Below are positions 1-11,446 of a stretch of DNA of 64,000 bases, in pieces. Numbering within the stretch: position 1 is the stretch's first letter; the number at the start of each line of letters is the position of its first letter. The translations under genes and the position numbers were made by a program. Source of the DNA: Tubiluchus corallicola (taxonomy: Eukaryota; Animalia; Priapulida); NCBI GenBank assembly GCA_030141605.1, contig JAQGDQ010000607.1, positions 65,842 through 129,841 of the forward strand, written 5' to 3'. The notes under the pieces were generated by a model. It was not told the origin of the DNA and did no database searches. It saw only the letters and a program-made list of their open reading frames with translations.

Positions 1-125
1 GATTTAGCTGTGATTAGCACAATTTAGCTGTGAGTTCAGCTGTGATTTAGCTGTGATTAGCACAATTTTGCTGTGAGCTTAACTGTGATTTAGCTGTGAT
101 TAGAACAATTTAGCTGTGATTCTGT
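1..125. repeat. Degenerate ~11-bp minisatellite (gatttagctgt)
   Basis: Repeated gatttagctgtgattagcaca units. Confidence 0.85.
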
Positions 126-3100
126 GCACAATTTTTAAATAAACTATTAGTGATTTTACCGCAGAACAAAGTCGAATTATAAGCATTATCTCTATAAGAC
201 CGCTTTTTACCAGTGGTATGAAAACCTGTTCAAAAATCTTTCAAAAGAGTTCGAATTCGAAATACTGAAATCCGGTTTTTGATTCAAATTTGAAAGTCAC
301 AAATTCAATTTGAATTCGCTTTCTGGTAGAAAATGCTCTATTTAGAAGTTGTCTGTACAAACAATCATTATAATTAATCATCTCTAAGATCATTACAAAG
401 TTATTGCGATTGTCTAAAAATGGTTCAATTTATAACCCTGATAGCAGGATTATTGTAGGCATAACTATAAGTTCATTCCAAAGTTCAAGGTTCAATACTC
501 AGTTGGAGAGTAAACTAAAGAAAAATACTTGATTTCGTAAACAGCGCAAGAACGTTCGTCTTTGTTCGGATCAACTTTTTGAACTCTTTCAAATCATCCA
601 ACTCTTCAACGTAATCTTTGCTTGTTTTGCCAAAAGACAAGTCAAGAGGCAGCACCAAAATCTGCAAAGAAATTGACCAAGTAAAAACACAAAGAAGTCA
701 CAACCGGAATGCCAACGATCCCACTACACAACTCTTTTGTTTTTACATTTCTTTTTTTCTGTTATATAATCATATTCACATTGTTATTCTTGCCGAGAAT
801 TTTGTAAACAACTGTACATTATTATCATTTTATTTAATTCCTAACTAATTATTGTGATACTTATACATCATCTTCATTTATTATTATTCTTTTTTCACTT
901 ATGCTATTGTTGTTGTGTTTGTTTTTATATTTTTGCTTTTGTTATTGCATTATTTTGATTAGTTACAATTCAAAATGATTACAGACATACTGTTTGTGCA
1001 TGTACCTGCTAAAAACAGATGATAAGCTGAAATTACAGTACACAGACGATCAGTAAAAGCATTGAAATATAGATATACGAGGACAGACTGAACAGTTTCA
1101 CTACATTCACAGTATCAAGAAACTTCGTGTACACTGCACAACCCAATTTGATTAAATCTGTCAAATTGCTTAAAACCAGGCCTGCGAATTGGGCCAGACA
1201 TTTTTCTGACGTTTGTGCATTGGAAATTATGTATATTGCTGCACTCACAGAATTGAGGCTGGCAAGTCTCAGGTGCAGTAATGGCATGATTACACCCTGC
1301 ATTGACTTGTCTGATATGTCTGATATTCAAAATGATTACAGACATACTGTTTGTGCATGTACCGCATGTACTGTGTCTCTACAGTCTAGAAGTGCTGTTT
1401 TCGGACAAGTTATTGAAATTTATCCATTTCAAACAAAAACGAAACCATCTAATTACAAGAACGCTAGCTTGACAGCCAGCAACATTAAATTTTGTTATTA
1501 TTTAAATGTTCCTAACCCTTCATTATTAAAATCTAAACTATATGCAAAATTTTATTAGCATGAATGAATTAGATAAACAGAATTAATTTCTCTAATGTTT
1601 TGGTTTCTAAAACAATAGTAGTACCACAAACAGGAAAAATCCAACTTCAATCCTACAACACATGTTACAGGAAGCTGCCATCTTAGCCACGTCATGCTTA
1701 GCCGCTTCGAGCATGCGTACTGCTGTACAGCCTGTCACTAATTTTTCAAAGGCCGCCGCCGGCTGTTAGAGTGTAAGCGCTTCGTGTTCGGAACTTCAAA
1801 TGGCATCATCATCAATTTCAATAATCATCGTCATCCTCATCTGTTACTCAGCTTCCTCTACACATACAGGTATATAGATATTGCGGGAGCTTCGACAAAT
1901 TATTAGAGCAATGTATAACACTATTTCCTGTCTGCAACCAAAATTATGTGACCTAAGCGATTTTGTATTATATGCTGTACTGTTAAATTTGGCCATTCGC
2001 TAATGCTAATTTTACTGATATTGTTCCTGGGAGGCTGGCAGTCTCTCTAAATCTTCAAGCCATAGTTTTTTGGTTCACTCTGTTGTACATTTGTTCGTTT
2101 GTGGTGGTGTTAGGACATATTATAGTAGGGTAATTTTTTGGATTTTTTGAGTAGATCTAATAAATGCATCAGTTTCTCTTTCTTGCACTATAATTAACCA
2201 CACACTTCAGTACACAACGTGTAGATATTGGTACATATGCACTGTAGTGTCGTAACCTTGTTTTGAATTATTCTTGGGCTGACTCTTACTGGTTAGAATT
2301 GATTTATTCTGGATGATACCACTAATATTAAACATTGCCTGCGTAGTTCAGTTACTTATTTTAAATACCATCTTTTATTCAATTTTTTTCAATTCAATTG
2401 TTAGAATGGTTAAAATGTATAGATAGATCTAGAACTAGAGAAAGGATAGCGAAAGGACTATAAAGTCACCTAGTCTGCTATCCTTTACCGAATATAGATA
2501 GAAAGATTTTTTAGACACTGGTGGGCATTAATATTATCAGTTTAATTTAGGAAACATTAGTACTTTTTAAAATTATGACATTTGCTATATAATCCAGAAA
2601 GAAGAATATATACTTGTAGTTTAATTAGAGGGCAACAAAATAAGGTCAATCTTGATTAAACTAAAAATTGCATTTAGATTTTATGTGAAATACACGTCAA
2701 AATTGTTATGAAATGATAAAAACACTTTGGGTTAATAATGCTATTAATCAACAACAGGGGTTAAATACATTTTGATTTGAGTTCAACTTCATTATTTCTA
2801 GGCTTATTGATTAAGAACAAATCTACTGACTTGGACAGTAATATTAAATAATATGTTGAGCAATAACACGTATACTGACACCTTCATACTACACATGTTT
2901 CTCAATTTTGTGTTGCAGGTAAAAATGGCATAGGAAAAATGGTACAAATGGAAAAGTAGGAAAAAAGGCAAATAATTGTTAAGATATTCTGATTCAAATA
3001 ATTTCTATAATAAAAAGATGCAGAATAAGTTCAGTAGGAATCACATCTCTGCCAAGGTCAAAATACCTTAAACACGTTCGTCTGATTCTTTTGTGAGAAA

Positions 3101-4203
3101 AATATAAAACAATTGTAAACAAGCCATTATGCAAATGTACCTATAATGAGTGTTATAATTATAGACCAGCAACTCACATAATATTTTGTTCATTAAACAG
3201 AATTATAATCATCTATACACGTACATTATACAGGTAATGGTACATTTCTTTAACCATTTGGGCATAGTATAATGGACTCAAATGAGGTAGGATTATGAGG
3301 CTATTTTTATGCGTAATCAATAGTTATAAACAGCGTTACACTATTTTCTGAGCGAGAATCTCGTAATGGAACATGGCAACTCGCACTAAGTTGTTTGTCG
3401 TAGTACAGATAATAAAAAAGATTCAATTACGATCATTACTTGTGGCCAACTTCTCATTTCATTTTCCAAAGAGCATGACACTTCTTCTGAGACATTCATG
3501 AAGTGCTTCAGAAAATAAATTTAATTTTTTTTGTGTGTGACGTATTTTGTCAAGTCTTGCAAAAATATCAGGCGAAAAGACATATATTTTAGCAGTTTTT
3601 ACCTGCTGCCAGGACTCTTGCATCTTTTTTGTCCCATACCGGCCTCTCCACAAATTTTGTAGAAAATTCTTAAGTAGTTTTCGCATAATAGGCTCACACG
3701 TTACAGCTATATATAATAGACAAAAAACCGCCAAAACAACAAACAACGTTGTAGCACAACTTCCTAGCAGATGTGAACATAATTGAAAAAATTCTTAAAA
3801 TAATTACAGTAAACCTAGCATTTAAACTTATATTGGATAAGTGAGCAATTTTTTTCTTTCTTTTCAATTTGTGCCCTTTCTTCTTCTGTGTTTTTTCCTG
3901 TGCTATTTTTACCCGTAAAATTTCTGCCGCGCACCCGTATTGGCATATTGTTGGTTTATTATTGTTGGAATGTTGAGCAGGATTATCTTTGCGGGCGTCA
4001 TAGTCGTCACAAAAAACGTTTCTTCGAGCAGCCACGGAAGTAAGTTCACCGTTTCTCAACGTTTGAAGGGTTCTGTTGTTGAATGTCGGCGTGGTTGACT
4101 GTCTGATGAAATTATTTTAGTCTTACTTGTGAATCAGTATTTTTGGTGTTTTCTGTCGGTTTTTGAGGAAATACTTTTGTTAATACAGTGCAGTGTACTA
4201 AAT

Positions 4204-4339
4204 ATGGTGTTGGACGTGCAACTGTTTCGTACTGAGCATGGTGGTGATCCCAGTAAAATTAGAGAAAACCAAGCAAAGCGATTTCAAGACGTCACTCTTG
4301 TTGATAAAGTGCTAGTAGCCGATACAGCATGGCGCAAAT
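4204..4339 (+). CDS. SARS1: SerRS exon 1
   Basis: ATG 4204, [27 protein letters not shown]...AWRK, GT at 4340 (phase 1). Confidence 0.93.
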
Positions 4340-7300
4340 GTATATGGCTATTAGTAATTATTATTTTTTTATTTGATTACGAAAACACCAAACAACAATA
4401 CAATATAGCAAAATGCATTATGATGACATGGCATACATAGTTAATATTAGTAACAATTAAAGATTTTTTTAACTTTTATGGCAATTCTAAATAGTCTTCA
4501 TAGTCAGTTTACTTCATACAGTGTCCAATGCAGTACTTGTCCTGTTGTATCCTATCAGTATCAATTATACATTTAAATCAAAACCACGTCAGCTATTTCT
4601 TAGCCCTCACTTTATATGTAACGTAACCATGTCACTCACTTTATAACCCACACCACATTATATATATCACACCGCCCATACCCCACCATGTCACTCACTA
4701 TAAAACCCACACCACATTATATCACACCGCCCATACCCCACCATGTCACTCATGTACGTTATGTGTATATGTATGTATGTATGTGTCACAACAGTTCATC
4801 ACTGCCTTTGTCAAACATAGATGCACAACACACAAACATACTGAGTATTGAAGTCTGTCGCAAAAAGGCTCTGTAATGTTGTCAGCAAATGTGAAAACGT
4901 GGCAACTGTCGTCTTGGGTTTCCTAAGTGCTACAATCAATGAAAATACAGGGCACATGAGTATTGAACTGGCATGCAATCGAACACTTTCACTACATATA
5001 CATTATAATTCATCTGTGCATGCAGCTTAAGTAGCGAGTTTAATGTGTTGCTAATGGCTGCAAAGAGAATGGTTTAAAAAAGTTTAAAAAGCAGTAATAT
5101 TATGCGCTGGGTCAACTGAATTTAGTTTAGTTTAGTTTATTATTATCACATTCAGTACAATATAATGACATTAAGCACACAGTGACATCAAAATTATTAC
5201 ATCATACTGTATCAAATTGTTATGTTTCATACACTATCATTATCATAAAAGAATAATTGTACTGCAGTGGGCTAGAGAAGCAAAGGCCACTGTCATGTAA
5301 ACCCGATAAAAAAAGAATGGATGAGTGAACAAAAAAAGAACTGGGAGAAAGGTTAGATCACACAGGAAGGGTAGAAGGATGAGTTAGTGGAAATGGTAGG
5401 AAGAAAGTTAATAGATTGCTCTGTGTTGACTTTTCCTTTAACTGTAATAATTAAACTTGTTAGTAGTAATGAACATGAAAAAAAATTAGTGGGCGAATAA
5501 ACTGAATAGCGTTTAATTTTTTTTCAGTGCGATTTCAAGCAGATTTATGGAACAAGTTGAAGAACTTATGCAGCAAAACGATTGGTGAAAAAATGAAGGT
5601 TAGTAAAAAAATTCGAATTCAGAACTGTTTTATTACCTTACCTTAGACCTTAGTCCTTCCCATGCACGGATGCACATTGGGCAGACAGCATTTTCCACTG
5701 GGTTCTATCGGCAGCTTCTCTTTCGATGTTCTCCCAATGTCTTTTCATAGCCCGAAGGTCTTCTTTGAAATATCTGCATCACGTTGTTTTTGGCCGACCT
5801 CTTTTCCTTTTTCCACCAGGTGGTTCCCAGCGTAACGCTATTTTGGAGTGGCGTTGTTCTGATAGGCGTAGAATATGTCCAGCCAATCTCGGCCTTCTCT
5901 CTGCGACTATTTCCTACAGCCGCCTTGACTGCGCCTGCTGTAGGACTTCCACATTGGTAACATGGTCGCGATAGGATATTTATTATTTGTAGTAAAATAT
6001 TGTTTTGAAAGTTTCGGGATTTGAGCTATTCCTTCTTATTTATTGCGTTGTTTTCATTTCACTGCCAACTTAATGCGAAACTGCACAGCTGCAATAGAAA
6101 TTACAAGGATGAGAATTTTCCATGGATACGCGGAATTCCGAGTTTTTGGAAGACCAGTAGTGCCATTTTTGTAAATCGCGTAAATTCGTTGAGAAAATTT
6201 TTACGGACCCAGTACATTATTTCACAAGCTGACCGCTAGTTGGTAGACCATCACTTTGTTTACATCACGTACATGAGGGTGACCACGTGTGACCAGTGTG
6301 ACCTCTATGTATAAAAATATGGAATAAATTGTGTGGAGTTATTTGAGTCAATTGCAGACAATTTTTATATACTTTTGCATAGGAGCGGCCAGTACTTAGG
6401 CGTTTTTGAGACAATTAGGTATCATGTGTCCTTGATGGATGGGTATTTTAAATTATGTATCAAACAAGATAATTGATATTTTAAGTCCACTTAGAGGTTC
6501 TCTATGGTCACAAAATTGTAATTTGTTGCTGCGTGCGGCCTGTTTCAGAGTTTTTTTGCAATTTGTAATTCTCTTCGGCGCGAGTCTGAGAACTTGACAT
6601 TCGCATTGATTTCAAAGTTGCTTTTTGTTTCAGAAAAAGGAAGCTGTTGGGGAAGACGATGCGCTACCAAATGACATGAAGGAAAATCTTGAGAAGCTCA
6701 CCGCCGAAACGTTACAGGTAAGGTGATAGCTTTGAAACCAGAAAGTCGTGGGTTCATGTCCTAGCAGAGCAGCAAACTGTTTCAGCTTTTCTAATTTTGT
6801 ATTGCACTCGTGTGTTAATGAATTTAGTGCAATTATTGTAAAACGTGTATTTTTTGTAAAGAACCGTGGCCGACTTCGCAAAGTCGTCACTAAGGTTGTT
6901 GTTGTTGTTGTTGGCATCCTTCTGTCTCGGAAGACAATGGAGTGTGCGCCAAGAGTCAGCTGTTGATCACATTGATGGAGCTGCAGCGTCGACTGTGGCT
7001 GAGCAGTGCGATCCTTGAACGTCTCCAGGGCACCAGGTTGGCTGCAGGAGCTGCTGCAGTCAGTGAGCATGCTGCACTGGTCCACCTTCGGGGCTCCACT
7101 CCTGATTTGGAAGCTTTACTCCTCTACACATGGCCGTTGAGTCACTTGACCTCCTCTGCCTTCTAGCCATTGGCTTCTTGTGCAGCTCCTCCGCCTAGTG
7201 TCGAGATACAGTGTGGGCATCCCGCAAGCCTATCCAAGTACTACCCAGGCTCTACGTTGCTTAACTTCGGTGACCAGACGAGAACCGGTGTTTTTAACGT

Positions 7301-10300
7301 GATTTGGCCGTAGTCGTCACTAAAGTAACATCATTATTACGTTCACTTAACTGTTAAAACGACGTCGTTAAATTTGTGACCATTTTGTGAAACTGTGCCC
7401 TGATCTGGAGGTACTTCACTGAAAAAAATAATTTGCTTCAAAGTAACTTTTGTTTCACGAGGCAAGAGATAGTATCATTTGAAATTCTATAAATACAATC
7501 ATTTGCATGTTTTGAAAAGTTTAAGACCAAAGTGATTTTTTTCATGAAAATTGACAAAACCATCGTTTAACACGGTTCCATCTAAAACCTATTCATATAT
7601 TCTTCTAGAAAAATATACTACAGCATAGTTTGTATGTTTTTATCCAAAAATAGTCACAGTCCTTGAACATTTTAGTACCTTGTTTGGCCGCCGAAGTTGT
7701 CAATCACTGCCTTCATTCTAAGAGGCATACTGGAAATTAGGTTTTGGCAGTACTCTGAAGTAATTTCTTTAACCCAAACGTGCTTGATAACTCTTCGCAA
7801 GTCTTCAGCACTTGATGGCTGCCTGTCTGACCACTAGCAGTATGATGCAATCAACAAAGAATCTGATGCAATCAGGGTACAGTATGATGAAAAACCCGAA
7901 AACTCGAGCTTGGTCTTATTGGTAGATATTGTACGTTTAATCTGTTGTATTCAGCGATTAACAGTCATACAGATAAAGAAAATCAGAAAATCTGAAAAAC
8001 TGTGTGCCTTTGCGACGATTTGAACCCATCACGTTCTGTTTTCCGGGCAGCTGTGTCGTGGTGCAATTTTATTGGTAGATATTGTACGTTTAATCTGTTG
8101 TATTCAGGGATTAACAGTCGTACAGATAAAGAAATTGAGAGGACTTGTTGACGAAGAGATGTCAAAATGTAACTCTTCATTAGCGGAAAAGGAGAAGGAG
8201 CGAAACGAGAATATTCAAGAAATTGGAAACATTCTTCACGAATCTGTGCCTATTAGTAATGATGAGGTAAAGTAGGATTTTGTATTTTGCGCTTCCGTAG
8301 ATTTTGTAGAAAGTGCACTTTGGGTTGAACATTCGTACTTTCAACCGCCATTACGAATGCAGTTCTTTAGCGAATTTAGTCGTGTAATACACGGTTGGAA
8401 AGCCCATGAAATTCTCTATCTAACATAGTTAATTAAAAAGTAATGTAACGTGTAAAAAATAACTCAAACCCTAGTTGTAAAATCGCCATATTCGGACTTG
8501 CAACGATACTTTTTCCGGAGTCCAAAAAGCCATTTTCGTTGCAGTATTTAATGGAAACATCCTTCAAGAATCCGTTCCTATTAGTAATGATGGGGTAAAG
8601 TAGGATTTTGTACTTTTTACATTTTTGTGCAAAAATTTGTTTCAGTTAACTACTGTTTTAAATAAAATTTGTGTGTTTGCAAACCAAAACCGTCCATAAG
8701 TCGGCATAGTTAAAACTGTGTTATGACGCGTCAAAGTAGAATGACCCAGAAACTTGGTCAAATGTCAATTTTTTTGTACTTTGTAAAAACCAACGCTAAA
8801 TATATTGGATTTTTATATTCTAGCATCAAATTATCAAGAAAGTGTTAAAAAAATACTGAAAGTCTAATTTTATAGCCCCGTATCCGTTTCTCGGGCTAAA
8901 AACTAGTATTGCAATTGTAAAAAATCTTCTATTTTCAATCTCCAATAGTAACTCAAGGAAGCAGTCATTTTGCTTCTGGTTTTTCTGCTGCCAAGCCCAG
9001 ATGTCCGTCAAGAAGAGCCATCTACTGCATTTAGACAAAATTCCAAAGCGTTCGTGCAAAGTCCATAGCAACCAACATAGTGTTTCAATAAATTCGTTTA
9101 CACTTTTATTAGATAAAGATAATTTTAAAAATCAAGAAAGATCTGCACAAAATGTTACGCTTAGTGTCACGCTGTCATGTTTAGTGATCGTGTTTCCATG
9201 TTTTAGATTTTTCTACCAGAACTTAATGGTTTGTCATCGGTATTATAAGAATATTGCAGTTTTTTTTTGTTCAAAGAATCTTAAGACTTTTTTCTTGTAA
9301 TATCTCAACAAAGTTCTTCAGGGATGAGAATTTTCTGCGGATACGTGGAATTCCGAGTTTTTGGAAGACCAGTAGTGCCATTTTTGTAAATCGCATAAAT
9401 TCGTTGAGAAAATTTTTACGGATCCAGTACATTTTTTCACAAGCTGACCTCTAGTTGGCAGGCCGTCACTTTGTTTACGTCACGTACATCAGTGTAACCA
9501 CGTGTAGATCTCTATGTATAAAAATATAGAATCAATTGTGCGGAGTTATTTGAGTCAATTGCAGACAGTTTTTATATACTTTTGCATAGGAGTGGCCAGT
9601 GCTTAGGCATTTTTGAGACAATTAGGTATCATGTATCCTTAATAGTTGGGTATTTTAAATTATGCATGAAACAAGGTAATTGATATTTTAAGTCCACTTA
9701 GAGGCTCTCTATGATCACAAAATTGTAATTTGTTGCTGGCTCCAAAGGGGCTTTGCCTTGGACCCCTTGAAATGCAATTGCAATTTGTTGCTGTTTCAGA
9801 GTTTTTCTTTGCAATTTGTCATTGTCATCCCTGGGTCTTGTATGGTGAATGTTATTAGATTATTAGAATGCCAGACTTGATTATCTCCAATTTAATAGCG
9901 GAAGCAACAGCAACATTGTTTTATTGCACCGTTTTTTTTTACTTTTTCGTGTTTGCTTATAAGCAAGTATTGCAGTGTGTAAAAATTGTTTCGATCGGTT
10001 TCCATAGATTGACCATATAAAAAAATTACTGTATTTTCACGATGTTTTGCTGCTTAACTGGACCACATTGACTTTTGCACATTTGTCAATAACTCCTTGT
10101 GGTGTGTTACTAAAACAGAATCTTGTAAATAAACAAATAGTCGTTCGTTAATTTGTTATTAAACACTAGTACTGAATATTAATTTTATTTGTACACAGAT
10201 GCACACACATACGTACACCCATACATGCACTCACACACCCACGCATGGCGCACCCATACATGACTCGCACACCCACGCATGTGCGCACTCACTCAAATAA

Positions 10301-11352
10301 GCATGTACTTATATTCAGAAACCAATTCATAATGCATGCAAAGCAAGTTTAAAAATTGTTTTGCGTCTGCATTGGGACTCGAACCTGGGCCTTCTGATTT
10401 CCGGGCAACAATCCTTTTGATGATGCACTTCCGTTCTCTGATGTGACTTTTCTTCTCCAGGATGAGAACCGAGTGGAAAGAACATTTGGTGACTGTAGCT
10501 TGAGAAAGAAATACTCGCATGTCGACTTGGTTACAATGGTCGACGGTTACGAAGGTGACCGCGGGGCAGCTGTCTCTGGAAGCAGGGGTTATTTTTTAAA
10601 GGTGTGCTCGGGTGAATTTTTAATGTTTTCATTAAATAACCAATTTCTTCGATAAAATTATGTATTAAAGTATTTCTCGTCAAACTACACCAGTAGTGTT
10701 TTTATCGAAATGAAAGAATGATTAGTTTACCTCTGTCAGTCTGGTGGTTGATGCATAAAAATGGTGCAGTTATAGTTACACTGTTGCATATTTTTTCCCA
10801 TTCATATTAATGGTTTTTGAGATTTAAACTTTTTATAATCCTGGTACAGATTATGCAAAACAAGGCATCATTGATAAATCTTTAGAGCTGATGTCAACAT
10901 AGCGCAATTTATTATCTTTCTTCCTACCATTTCCACTAACACATCCTTCTACCCTTCCTGTGTGATCTAACCTTTCTCCCAGTTCTTTTTTTGTTCACTC
11001 ATCCATTCTTTTTTATCGGTTTCACATGATAGTGGGCTTATACAAGCCTTTGCTTCTCTAGCCCACTGCAGTACAATTATTCTTTTATGATAACGATAGT
11101 GTATGAAACATAACAATTTGATACAGTATGATGTAATAATTTTGATGTCACTGTGGTTAATGTCATTATATTGTCTACCGCCTTCCGTCCCTTACTAGAA
11201 AAACACAGGAACATAAGCAGCAGTTTGCTGCCTTCTGTAGTGAAAGGGTTAAAGTTTGTGTGCCGTTAATATTTAATCATTTAATAATATGTAGTATTTA
11301 TTACTACAAGTATAATGTATAATTTAATCTCTTCTCCCCCACTTAAGCTTGA

Positions 11353-11446
<94 letters not shown>

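Noticed and set aside
968-1362. 38-bp direct repeat at ~968 and ~1326
   Set aside because: Real, but no termini or coding signal to interpret; treated as an ordinary local duplication, like ~25460/25780 and ~60190/60630.
3459-4059. Divergent gene ORFs upstream of SerRS
   Set aside because: Non-ATG starts, no recognisable domain and no consistent exon chain; cannot be supported without RNA data.
7225-7315. Functional 5S rRNA gene
   Set aside because: Lacks the last ~30 nt and the T-run terminator; part of a TSD-flanked retroposon.
10457-10470. Exon 5 start (caggatgagaa) resembles the MITE H TIR
   Set aside because: It encodes conserved SerRS residues; chance similarity.
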